The position numbers and the translations under genes were made by a program. 40,000 nucleotides of DNA from contig NZ_JBBOXF010000001.1 of assembly GCF_038007465.1 (NCBI RefSeq), forward strand, positions 1,206,275 to 1,246,274, written 5' to 3'. Under the pieces are notes generated by a model, which made no database searches, was not told the DNA's origin, and saw only the letters and a program-made list of their open reading frames with translations. The stretch is from Sporosarcina sp. FSL K6-1508 (GTDB taxonomy: Bacteria > Bacillota > Bacilli > Bacillales_A > Planococcaceae). Positions 8,261 through 17,446 of this stretch are shown piece after piece (within the stretch, counting starts at the first letter, position 1; every line of letters begins with the position of its first letter).

Positions 8261-9677
8261 TAAGCCGTATAAAGTCATGGTTGACCTGATTGACGTGTAC
8301 TGGGATGATCCTGTGGCTTTTGCCGAGGATATTTTAAGCTTCCACCCTGACGTTTGGCAGCGGGATGTATTAAATGATTTAGCGGGCAACCCTTTTGTGT
8401 CTGTCCGGTCCGGCCAAGGTGTCGGGAAGACAAGCGTTGAAGCGGTGGCCGTTATTTGGTACTTGTGCTGCAGGCCGAATTCAAAGATCGTTTGTACTGC
8501 CCCGACTAGGCAGCAGCTGAATGACGTTCTTTGGGCGGAAATCGCCAAGTGGATGGAGTCCTCTCTTGTAAAAAACTTTTTAAAGTGGACCAAGACGAAG
8601 GTGTACATGGCTGGCAACGAAGAGCGTTGGTTTGCCACTGCCCGGACGGCTACTAAACCCGAAAATATGCAGGGGTTTCATGAAGACTACATGTTATTTG
8701 TTGTTGACGAGGCTTCAGGCGTTGCAGATAACATCATGGAGGCGATCCTCGGAACGCTTTCAGGCGCGGAAAATAAGCTGTTGATGTGCGGCAACCCGAC
8801 GAGAACGAGCGGCGTTTTTTATGATTCCCACCACCGGGATCGAGGGGATTATAAGGTCCATAAAGTGAGCAGTTGGGACAGTTCCAGGGCGAGCAAGGAA
8901 AACATCGAGCGCCTCATCCGCAGATACGGAGAAGATAGCGACGTTGTCCGTGTCCGTGTCTATGGTGATTTCCCTAAAAGTGAGCCTGATACATTTATCC
9001 ACCTGGAAAAAGTAGAGGCGGCCACAATGCGGGAAGTTTACGGAGAAGAGTACGGCTTTGCGATCCCGGAAGACGCCCCGCTTGAAATCGGAGTGGACGT
9101 TGCACGGTTCGGGGATGACCAGACTGTCATATGCCCTCGGATCGGTCATTTTGTTCCTTACCTAAAAACCTACAGCAAGCAAGACACGATGGTTACGGCT
9201 GGTAATGCGCTTATGTTGGCAAAGGCCTTAATGTTAGAATACGGCCGTCCTTCCTGCGTTATAAAAATTGACGACGACGGAGTGGGCGGCGGCGTGACTG
9301 ACAGGCTGCGCGAAGTGGTGTATGAAGAGGGCTTGCATATTGATGTTATTGACTGCCACAACGGCGGGAGGGCCATTGACTCAGACCATTATGAAAACTG
9401 GGGCACTGAGTCCTGGGCGACCATTCGTGATTATTTGCACGACGGCGAGATCCAGCTGCCTGATGATGAAGATCTAGTCGGCCAGCTGTCTACTAGGAAA
9501 TACCGAATTACTTCTAAGGGTAAAATACACCTGGAAAGCAAAGATGATATGAAGAAAAGAGGCTTGCGTTCACCCGATAGGGCGGATGCGGTCGTTTTGG
9601 CGTTTGCTAAGACAGGAAAAGAGGCGCTTGACGATGATGTTGCGGCGCTGTTAAGAGGAGTGAGGGTTCATGGCTGA
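8253..9677 (+). CDS. terL: terminase large subunit
   Basis: Walker A-like RSGQGVGKT, Walker B-like LFVVDEASG, and a C-terminal nuclease-like region. 474 aa, between terS and portal. Confidence 0.85.
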   Translation: MSNKPYKVMVDLIDVYWDDPVAFAEDILSFHPDVWQRDVLNDLAGNPFVSVRSGQGVGKTSVEAVAVIWYLCCRPNSKIVCTAPTRQQLNDVLWAEIAKWMESSLVKNFLKWTKTKVYMAGNEERWFATARTATKPENMQGFHEDYMLFVVDEASGVADNIMEAILGTLSGAENKLLMCGNPTRTSGVFYDSHHRDRGDYKVHKVSSWDSSRASKENIERLIRRYGEDSDVVRVRVYGDFPKSEPDTFIHLEKVEAATMREVYGEEYGFAIPEDAPLEIGVDVARFGDDQTVICPRIGHFVPYLKTYSKQDTMVTAGNALMLAKALMLEYGRPSCVIKIDDDGVGGGVTDRLREVVYEEGLHIDVIDCHNGGRAIDSDHYENWGTESWATIRDYLHDGEIQLPDDEDLVGQLSTRKYRITSKGKIHLESKDDMKKRGLRSPDRADAVVLAFAKTGKEALDDDVAALLRGVRVHG

Positions 9678-11172
9678 ATGGATTGATCGGGCTGTCGGGG
9701 AAATGTCAAAGATGCGTGATAGCTTTCGCGGTCGTTTCGGATGGGGAACAACTACCGGAACGCTCGGCGGGGGTTACAAACTCGACAGTTCGCGTGTTGA
9801 TTATGAATTAGCGAAGGCGCTCTATTACAATACCCAGGATGAATATAAGCTCGGCGCCGGCTTTGCCAAGATCATTATTAATAACGCGGTCAGCTTCATG
9901 GGTGTCCCTTCGTTTAAAAGCGGCGACAAAGAAGCGCATGCCGTATTGGAAAAGTTCTTTTTGTCCAATCAATCCAATATGCAAAAAACCACAAGAAACG
10001 GCCTTCGCGATGGCGATTGTTTCGTTTGGATCACTCGTGAAGATGTGAAGGACATGACTCTTTATCCTGAAGAAAAGACCCGTTTGATTTACAACGTCCT
10101 TCCTCCTGGGCAAGTGAAGGAAATTAAAAGAGATCCATTGACCGGCGATGTAGAGGAGTACGTGCTGGTCTCCATTCACGAATGGGAAGATGATCGCAAA
10201 AACAAGAAAAAAGGAACGATTACGCAACGGATCCGGCGGAGAGAGAAAATTATCGAGGTTGAAGGGGACAGACCTCCCGATGTCGAGGTCGGCGCTCATC
10301 CAACGCCTTGGGATTTTATCCCGATTATTCATTTTAAAAATGAGGGGGATGAAGGAGTCTTCGGCCAGTCAGACCTGGAGGCAGTTGAGCCATACCTGAA
10401 GGCCTATCATGATGTCCTGTTGCACGCGATGAAGGGGTCTAAGATGCACAGCACGCCTCGCTTGAAGTTGTCGTTAAAAGATGTGAGGTCTTTCTTGCTC
10501 AATAACTTCGGCGTGACGGATCCTAAGCAGTTCGCTAAAGATGGCGGCGAGATCAATCTTGATGGCCACGAGCTCATTATGCTTACTGATGGGGAAACGG
10601 CGGAATTCATTGAAGCGAGATCAACAACCGGCGACGGTAAGGCGCTGCTGAAGCTCCTGTTTTATTGTATTGTCGATGCTTCAGAAACTCCGGAGTTTGT
10701 ATTCGGTGTCCATACACCTTCCAGTTTGTCTTCAGTTAAAGAGCAAATGCCCATCTTGATCCGTTCAATTGAGCGTAAGAGGGAGCACTTTGTTGATAGT
10801 TGGCAGCGTCTGGCTCGGATCGTCTTGGCTATGACAGCTCACTCGGAGAATAAGCACTTCGAGACGTTTGCCACGGATGTTAAGTGGGCTAATATTGACG
10901 CGAGAACCGGCGAGGAGATTAGTGCTGAGTTGCTGAACATTGTGAATGCGCTTGTTGCTGCAGTTAGCAATAACTTGGCCAGTGACGAGGCTGCCGTTAA
11001 CTACCTGGCCCGACATATCAACACCATGAATGAATGGGAAGTTGATGAGGGGGAGAGTGAGCAAGACCGAATCACGAAGTCTCGCTTAAATAGGTTGCGT
11101 ATGCCGGATACCGAAGATCTCGAAGAGCAGTTGAAGATTATTAATCGGCAGCTCGGGAAGGGTGATGGCTGA
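9670..11172 (+). CDS. portal protein
   Basis: 500 aa, directly after terL with overlapping start/stop, followed by a Mu-F-like head morphogenesis gene. Confidence 0.75.
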   Translation: MAEWIDRAVGEMSKMRDSFRGRFGWGTTTGTLGGGYKLDSSRVDYELAKALYYNTQDEYKLGAGFAKIIINNAVSFMGVPSFKSGDKEAHAVLEKFFLSNQSNMQKTTRNGLRDGDCFVWITREDVKDMTLYPEEKTRLIYNVLPPGQVKEIKRDPLTGDVEEYVLVSIHEWEDDRKNKKKGTITQRIRRREKIIEVEGDRPPDVEVGAHPTPWDFIPIIHFKNEGDEGVFGQSDLEAVEPYLKAYHDVLLHAMKGSKMHSTPRLKLSLKDVRSFLLNNFGVTDPKQFAKDGGEINLDGHELIMLTDGETAEFIEARSTTGDGKALLKLLFYCIVDASETPEFVFGVHTPSSLSSVKEQMPILIRSIERKREHFVDSWQRLARIVLAMTAHSENKHFETFATDVKWANIDARTGEEISAELLNIVNALVAAVSNNLASDEAAVNYLARHINTMNEWEVDEGESEQDRITKSRLNRLRMPDTEDLEEQLKIINRQLGKGDG

Positions 11173-12164
11173 TGGATGAATTCGAAGACCTGGGAAACAA
11201 CACCGGGATATATTTACTTCTTTTGTTGCAGTCCAGGAAGAAGTTGATCGAGTTGATCCTGCGGCAAGATAAGGAGATCCGTCGCATTTACATTGAAGCA
11301 ACGGACCAACTAGCCAGGAAGATCAAGGATCTTGACAAGATTGGCGCGGCCTATCGGATAATGGAACACCTTGACGAATATTTAAGGTTCACATCTGAAG
11401 CTATTGAAAGTAAATTGAAGTCGCTTTTTAGTAGCGGTTTGTCCATTAGTGTTGAGGCGGGGCTGCATCAGTCGAAGCAGACGACGCTATCTTTGCTGAA
11501 GCGCGTAAAAATGGATTGGCAGCCTATGGAGCGTTCTTATTTCAGGGTTCACCACGAAGCTGTGCAAGCTATGGAGTTCAGGACTTTAAAGGGCTTGAAT
11601 CTGTCTGATCGAATTTGGGGGCAGAGTCAAAAAGTAAGAGCTTCGATGGGGACGGTTATTCAAGAGGCTATCGCTGCAGGTGAGCACCCGGTCCGTGTTG
11701 CGGAAATGTTGCAGAGGTATGTAAGGGATGGCGCTAATTCGCTTGTCACGGAATATCCCAATATGATGGATCGGATCGGGGATGGATTGCCGAAAGATTT
11801 GAGTTATGAATCATTGCGGCTTGCCCGTACTGAAATGGCGGCAGCTTACGGTGAAGCTTCAGTAAGATCGGCCGAGCTTAATCCGTCCAATTTGGGCATT
11901 CAATGGAGTTTGTCCAACGCAGGGGTCGCGTGCTCCGTTTGTCAAGATAACGCGGCGCACGACAGCGGTTTAGGTAGAGGCGTTTATAAGTTGGAGGATT
12001 TGCCTGATTACCCAGCTCACCCTAACTGTTTGTGCAACTTGTCCGAGGTCGTGGAAAATACGGACGACTTCCTAGAACGACTCGTTGAATGGAATGCAAA
12101 TCCGCACACGCACCCGGATTTAGAAAGCTGGTACCAGACAGTTTATAAAACAGGAAAATTGTAA
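11172..12164 (+). CDS. head morphogenesis protein (Mu gpF / SPP1 gp7 family)
   Basis: The C-terminal CSVCQDN....PDYPAHPNCLCNL matches the HPNCRC signature of the Mu-F domain. Position is after the portal. Confidence 0.75.
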   Translation: MDEFEDLGNNTGIYLLLLLQSRKKLIELILRQDKEIRRIYIEATDQLARKIKDLDKIGAAYRIMEHLDEYLRFTSEAIESKLKSLFSSGLSISVEAGLHQSKQTTLSLLKRVKMDWQPMERSYFRVHHEAVQAMEFRTLKGLNLSDRIWGQSQKVRASMGTVIQEAIAAGEHPVRVAEMLQRYVRDGANSLVTEYPNMMDRIGDGLPKDLSYESLRLARTEMAAAYGEASVRSAELNPSNLGIQWSLSNAGVACSVCQDNAAHDSGLGRGVYKLEDLPDYPAHPNCLCNLSEVVENTDDFLERLVEWNANPHTHPDLESWYQTVYKTGKL

Positions 12165-12177
12165 GGAGGTTTTTATT

Positions 12178-12552
12178 ATGAGTAGAGTTATCTTTTCTAG
12201 CGAGGAGTTGCAGCGCAGTTTGGAAGAGTGGCAGAAGCGATTGCGCCTTCAAGATTGGATTATAAAGGCTAAAATCGTTCGTGGCAGGGAGTTCGACAAC
12301 GACAACAACCAGGGCGAAATTAGTTGGATCCTAACCAAGAAGATGGCCACGATATTAATATTGGACCCCATCGATTATCCGTCGGATGTGATGGTCTCGC
12401 AGGACATGGAGAATTGCTTGGTACACGAATTACTACACCTGCACTTTGCGCCTATTTCCGAGAGTGATTCAGGCAGTTCGCTTCATGTTGAAATAGAGCA
12501 GGCCATTGAGTCCATTACGTCTGGAATCATATCTAGCATTAGAGGGAGGTGA
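12178..12552 (+). CDS. small protein with HExxH motif (possible metallopeptidase), 124 aa
   Basis: CLVHELLHLHF contains HELLH. AGGAGG RBS. Lies between the head morphogenesis and scaffold genes. Confidence 0.55.
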   Translation: MSRVIFSSEELQRSLEEWQKRLRLQDWIIKAKIVRGREFDNDNNQGEISWILTKKMATILILDPIDYPSDVMVSQDMENCLVHELLHLHFAPISESDSGSSLHVEIEQAIESITSGIISSIRGR

Positions 12553-12556
12553 GAAT

Positions 12557-13738
12557 GTGAATAAGATCTTTATATGCGGAGAAATGGCTGAAAATAAAAA
12601 CAAAGTCTTTCAGCTATTCGGCGGCACGACCGGCGAAATGAAAGCTGATGATATTCCTGCTGCTTCTTCAGTAAATATTGACGAGCTGAAGAAGGGGGAT
12701 ACCGATCCGTTGGAAGTGGTGGTGGAGATCCCGGCCTCGAGATCAAAGCGTGGCTGGAATTATACAGCGGAATCCCTACGGAATATCGTTGACGCAGTTA
12801 ACAGCAGCACGCTGAATGGATTTCTCGGCCATCAGAAACCCGAGGATGTCAGTAATCAGTTTCTTCCCCCTGTCACCCATTGGGTCGGCGCTAAAATGGT
12901 AGGTGAGATTGCTTACTTTAGGGGAGTGGTTGACGCTGCTGCGACGGACCTTAAAAGATGGATCCGTTCCGGCCGTATTAAGCAGGTGTCTATTTTCGGT
13001 ATGCCTAAAATCCAAAAGGTAGCCGGTGAAACAAACGTCATCGGATATAAGCCTATGTCCATCGATTGGACGCCACTTGATCGCGCGGGAATGAATACCC
13101 GTATTGTCGCCATGTCCGGCGAAATGTGGGACTTGGACGGTGATGGTCCGTCCGGTGAAATGGAAACAGGAAAGGAAGGAAAAACAATGAATCCAGAAGA
13201 ATTAATGGCGGCATTAAAAACCATGCTCGCTAACAAACAATTGACAGTCCCGATGATTGCGGGAGAAATGGGTTGGAAGCCAGAAGTTATTGCGGCGGAC
13301 ATTGACCAAAAATGGGCGAATGAAATCACTTCATCTGTTGATAAATTGAAAAAAGTCGAGGAGGCTCTCGGCGTATCCGGTGAAATGGACGTCGTGGCGA
13401 TCGCTACAGATGCAGCGAAAGCATTGAAGCAGCAAGAATCGGCTGGGTTTGAAAAGGTTATCGGTGAAATGATCGGTAAAAAGATTGAGTCCGACGCGAT
13501 CAAGAAAGATATCGCCGACGAGAAGACTGTCATCGGAAAGCTCTGGTCCTATCATTCAGCCGGGATCACTCCTGGAATGACTGAAGAGCAGATGGCTGGT
13601 GAAATGGACTCGTTCCTTGCGGATGAAAGCGTGAAATCTATCATCAGTAACTATCACACAGATGGCCCTGCTTTGCGCGGGACTCCATCGGGTAACCAAG
13701 GCACGTCCAGTTTGAAAACTAAGCGCACGGCGCTATAA
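12557..13738 (+). CDS. prohead protease/scaffold-type protein (XkdF / Mu gpI-like position); GTG start
   Basis: GGGAGGTG RBS 5-6 nt before GTG 12557. Folded N-terminal half plus a charged C-terminal half carrying eight Gly-Glu-Met motifs. Located just before the DUF2190-like and capsid genes. Confidence 0.55.
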   Translation: MNKIFICGEMAENKNKVFQLFGGTTGEMKADDIPAASSVNIDELKKGDTDPLEVVVEIPASRSKRGWNYTAESLRNIVDAVNSSTLNGFLGHQKPEDVSNQFLPPVTHWVGAKMVGEIAYFRGVVDAAATDLKRWIRSGRIKQVSIFGMPKIQKVAGETNVIGYKPMSIDWTPLDRAGMNTRIVAMSGEMWDLDGDGPSGEMETGKEGKTMNPEELMAALKTMLANKQLTVPMIAGEMGWKPEVIAADIDQKWANEITSSVDKLKKVEEALGVSGEMDVVAIATDAAKALKQQESAGFEKVIGEMIGKKIESDAIKKDIADEKTVIGKLWSYHSAGITPGMTEEQMAGEMDSFLADESVKSIISNYHTDGPALRGTPSGNQGTSSLKTKRTAL

Positions 13739-13752
13739 GGAGGGATTTACGC

Positions 13753-14145
13753 ATGGCTTACAAAGGGCAAGCAGCACCAACAACAAGCTACCAAGTATAC
13801 CGCGCTAAAGTATCTGACGGGAAGTCGGTCAAGGTCGCGGTTCCTGCAAGTACAACGATCGATGTCAATAGCTTTTATGAGCTTGGCGGATTTTTCGGGC
13901 CAGCATTCCAGTCGGTTAAGACTAAAGCTGGAGAAACGTCTGAGGTCGTTCTTAATATCGAGCAGGCTGAGTATGAGACGAATCAGATTCAGACGACAGA
14001 GGACTTTGCAGCGGGTGATCCAGTTTACTTCGCTGATGGGAAGTTCACGACCGATCCAACAGACGCCCCCCGTCTTGTTGGCCGAGTTACTGAAGGAAAA
14101 GATCAAAATAACGTCATCTGGTTCATTCTTGGACCACAGGTTTAA
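13753..14145 (+). CDS. DUF2190-like small head protein (decoration/structural)
   Basis: 130 aa, between the scaffold and the major capsid, as recalled for DUF2190-family members. AAGGAGGG RBS. Confidence 0.55.
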   Translation: MAYKGQAAPTTSYQVYRAKVSDGKSVKVAVPASTTIDVNSFYELGGFFGPAFQSVKTKAGETSEVVLNIEQAEYETNQIQTTEDFAAGDPVYFADGKFTTDPTDAPRLVGRVTEGKDQNNVIWFILGPQV

Positions 14146-14160
14146 GGGAGGAGTTAAACA

Positions 14161-15213
14161 ATGAGAATCCATTCAATTGAATCACTAAAAGAAAAGCGTC
14201 GCAAAGGAACCCATGAAGCTGAGGTTCCTTTTTTATTGGACGGAAAAGAAGAGGCTGTCACAAAGAAAATTGTTGACGGTGAAATGGAGACCTATGAGCT
14301 TGGTAAGCCGATTGGCGAAATGCTTACATCGGATATCGTGCGAAAAGAATTGATCCAGAAAGTAGTCCTTGATGTTGAAATGGGACGCGAAGAGGTGCCT
14401 GTACTTTATGGTCCAATCTTTGACCGTATCGAGGATGCTAATTTCCCGAAGGAGTTCGAGGCCAAGTGGGCGCAGCGCGGAACGGTCATCTTCTTCGAGC
14501 ACATCGAAGGTCAAGAGGTCAAGTTCGGCAGCTTGCAGGCTGAGAGCGGCCCAATCGCGCGGCTCAAAGGGTTTTCTGCTGGGTTCGAATATACAAAGGA
14601 AATGCAGATCTTTAACCAGACATTCAACTTTGAAATGTTGAACAAAGCATTTGGTGAAGCGCACAACGCTTTGCTCAACCACTTGCACCTGGGACCGTTC
14701 ATCGGTTACACGTACAAGGCGGCCAATAAAACGGCTCCTGTCTATGTTAAGCCTGACGGCAATAAGGGCACGGCGAGCGATGCTCATTACATCCTATCTT
14801 TACGGGAAACGCTAAGGCAGGCGCTGAAAGATACGCGCACCGCAAAGCGTCCCGGCACAATCCTGCTTGCCAATTCTGCTGACCAGGAGGATATCCAAGA
14901 TGCGCTAGGGAGCATGACGCTTCAGGCGACTCCATACGGCGCCACATCGGGGATTTCCGACATCATCTATTACGACGGTTGGGAGACGGACGTTGCGAGA
15001 AAGTCGCATGCTTATCCAGGAGTGCCACAAGGTAAAGCCTACCTGATTCGTCCTAAGCGCGGATTTAAAGAGCTTGTAAAACAAGGGTTGCAAATCAATT
15101 CGTCAATCGGTGATCTGACTCGTCTTGTTGAGGCTCAAATCGTCGGTGACTTCTGGAGAGGCACATTCTTGGCCATTGATGAAAACGTTCAGGAGATTAC
15201 GCTACCTGGCTGA
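14161..15213 (+). CDS. major capsid protein
   Basis: 350 aa, GGGAGGAG RBS, in the position after scaffold/DUF2190. The N-terminal ~53 aa carry two GEM motifs (possible propeptide). Confidence 0.7.
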   Translation: MRIHSIESLKEKRRKGTHEAEVPFLLDGKEEAVTKKIVDGEMETYELGKPIGEMLTSDIVRKELIQKVVLDVEMGREEVPVLYGPIFDRIEDANFPKEFEAKWAQRGTVIFFEHIEGQEVKFGSLQAESGPIARLKGFSAGFEYTKEMQIFNQTFNFEMLNKAFGEAHNALLNHLHLGPFIGYTYKAANKTAPVYVKPDGNKGTASDAHYILSLRETLRQALKDTRTAKRPGTILLANSADQEDIQDALGSMTLQATPYGATSGISDIIYYDGWETDVARKSHAYPGVPQGKAYLIRPKRGFKELVKQGLQINSSIGDLTRLVEAQIVGDFWRGTFLAIDENVQEITLPG

Positions 15214-15228
15214 TAAGGGGTGACTTAA

Positions 15229-15588
15229 TTGGAGCCGACAGTTATTTTAATTAAAAGATTGCGACTTATGGTGAATGATCCTATTCCGGCCAATGGGACA
15301 GGTTCCCCGTTATTTACTGATGAGGACCTGAGGGTGATGTTCTACGAACACGAAAGTATATTCTCTTTGGCTTCGGAAATTTGGACCATCAAAGCCGGGC
15401 TAATCCAGGGGGATATCCAGTCCTATTCGGCTGGGAATGAAAAGTATGACTTGACGTCAATGAAGGATCGTTACACCCACGCCCTGGCAATGGCGAGGCT
15501 ATATGACGATAAGGCGGAAGCTGAAAAAGATCCAGGCGAGCCGGACACAAGCCTTATATTAAAGTTCCGCACGCCGGACGTGATGTGA
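15229..15588 (+). CDS. head-tail connector protein (XkdH-like position), TTG start
   Basis: 119 aa; synteny only. Confidence 0.45.
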   Translation: MEPTVILIKRLRLMVNDPIPANGTGSPLFTDEDLRVMFYEHESIFSLASEIWTIKAGLIQGDIQSYSAGNEKYDLTSMKDRYTHALAMARLYDDKAEAEKDPGEPDTSLILKFRTPDVM

Positions 15589-15971
15589 TGATGAATCTTG
15601 TCGAAATGCGCAGGCAGCATACGCGGTGGTCCATTGATCAGAACCCGGCTGAAATCATTGTCAAAAGAACGGAAAAGAAAAAAGCTGAGGGCCACATCGC
15701 TGTTGTTGAAACCGATGAAGGTCCTTTTGTTGTACGCGTTTTTGTTTCCAGTTCCAACACGAGTCAAAAAGTCACCACGCTTGCCGGTGAAAAGCAGGTA
15801 GACCGCTATTTTGGCTTGCTTGCAGATCACGAGGCGGATATTCGTGCCGGAACCAACGTTAAAGATGAATTCGAGGCAATGGGGATGAAGTTCCTCGTTA
15901 AGGCGATCTATCCACAAACTATCCACGGTCAGGTAACTGGCTATCAAGGGGAGCTCGAGAGGGTGAATTAA
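15585..15971 (+). CDS. head-tail adaptor/closure protein
   Basis: 128 aa; ATGA overlap with the previous ORF; synteny. Confidence 0.45.
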   Translation: MMMNLVEMRRQHTRWSIDQNPAEIIVKRTEKKKAEGHIAVVETDEGPFVVRVFVSSSNTSQKVTTLAGEKQVDRYFGLLADHEADIRAGTNVKDEFEAMGMKFLVKAIYPQTIHGQVTGYQGELERVN

Positions 15972-15972
15972 T

Positions 15973-16401
15973 ATGACTTTTGGCACTGAAGCAAGAGCGC
16001 ATTTAGACAGAAAGTTAGCCGGCTTGCATGCCCTTGCGGAGAATATCGGGAAAGACATGGAAAAGACCGCTAAAAACAATGCTGCTTGGACTGATCGAAC
16101 AGGCAATACTCGACAGGCGATCCATGGTGGCGCGGATAAAACGGACAAGGGTGCCGTTATCTATTTAGCTCACGGCTCGAAGATCGGTCTTTATCACGAA
16201 ATGGGGACCGGGATATACGGACCAAAAAAGCGGCCTATCGTACCGACGACAGCTCAGGCGCTTCACTTCTCTATTGGTGGAAAAGCCATATTTGCGAAGT
16301 CCATAAAAGGTATGCAAGCGAAGCCTGTCATTGATCCGACCGCTGATAGTAGATGGCCTGATATTAAGCGTCAAGTCAGGTCTTATTGGGGGCGTACCTA
16401 A
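15973..16401 (+). CDS. HK97 gp10-like head-tail joining protein
   Basis: 142 aa. AKNNAAWTDRTGNTRQAIHGG resembles the gp10-family motif. Confidence 0.5.
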   Translation: MTFGTEARAHLDRKLAGLHALAENIGKDMEKTAKNNAAWTDRTGNTRQAIHGGADKTDKGAVIYLAHGSKIGLYHEMGTGIYGPKKRPIVPTTAQALHFSIGGKAIFAKSIKGMQAKPVIDPTADSRWPDIKRQVRSYWGRT

Positions 16402-17238
16402 ATGAGGGGCGCGATAAGGGATATGTTATTGGCTGGCGTACCTATGGTGAAAGGGGAAGTTTGGGAGCCGTCTGCGGCGGGTCCTGATTTGCCGAAACCC
16501 CACCTTGTGCTGCGTGAAGGGGCGCAAAGTAGCGGCGAGGCTTATGCGGATTTCACAACCGTCTATGAAGTTTGGCCGTATGTCGAACGCACGACTTTTA
16601 AGCGCGTTGACGAGCTTTCGAAGGAAGTAATTGGGGCCTTGCATCGTAAGAGGTTTGACGTGCAGGGAATCCCTCATTACATCGAATACGCAGGAACGGC
16701 CACAGAGGACATAGTTGACGAAGAGTGGGACGCGCTCACTCGCGGCCTGCGCTTCCAGGTCTATTCACTGGCCTGGCTGTTGCATGCGCCAATCGATCCG
16801 GATCCTGTCACGGCCATGCGGCTATGGTCTGCCGAAAGATTTCCCGAGCTGCAGACGAATCCGACCGCTTGGTCCCCGTCCAATTCGAACCCTGCACTTT
16901 ATTGGCGGCAAGAGTCTACATCGGCCATCGAGCCGACGAGTTGGGGATCCTGGTTAACTATGCAATTAAGAGGGCACATCATTTCTCCTGATGTGTCTAT
17001 TCGGCGTGTCTATGTGGAGCAAGTCGTGCGAAGGCTTGCGATCGACAACAGAACCTATATGACAGACGGATCAAAGATGAACTTCCAAACGGCGGCAGCT
17101 GACAGCGGCTACGATCCGTTCGGCCAAGGGCAGATAACGCTGACCGTTAAGTTCGGGGTTCTCAAAGATGCGAAAAATTTAAGCTTCCTGAAGCATGTCT
17201 ATTTTGATGAAAAGTTAGGTGGTGAATCCCATGTCTAA
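16402..17238 (+). CDS. tail-completion/neck protein (hypothetical, 278 aa)
   Basis: Synteny, immediately before the sheath. Confidence 0.45.
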   Translation: MRGAIRDMLLAGVPMVKGEVWEPSAAGPDLPKPHLVLREGAQSSGEAYADFTTVYEVWPYVERTTFKRVDELSKEVIGALHRKRFDVQGIPHYIEYAGTATEDIVDEEWDALTRGLRFQVYSLAWLLHAPIDPDPVTAMRLWSAERFPELQTNPTAWSPSNSNPALYWRQESTSAIEPTSWGSWLTMQLRGHIISPDVSIRRVYVEQVVRRLAIDNRTYMTDGSKMNFQTAAADSGYDPFGQGQITLTVKFGVLKDAKNLSFLKHVYFDEKLGGESHV

Positions 17239-17443
17239 AGACAAACAGGTCACGGCGGATCAAGTCAAGAAAGCACTTGTCGCTGAGACCACTTATAAGC
17301 GCGAGGAGATCGAAGCGGCACCGTCTTCTTTCGGTGTGTTGCCAGAGGTATTGGCTGGCGCTTTACGTTTAGTTGATGGCGAGGAATTGTCGAGAAGTCA
17401 GGTCCTTGCGGCTATTGAAAAATTCAAGAAAAGGAAGGTGTAA
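17231..17443 (+). CDS. hypothetical small structural-module protein (70 aa)
   Basis: AGGTGGTG RBS before ATG 17231. Confidence 0.45.
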   Translation: MSKDKQVTADQVKKALVAETTYKREEIEAAPSSFGVLPEVLAGALRLVDGEELSRSQVLAAIEKFKKRKV

Positions 17444-17446
17444 AGC

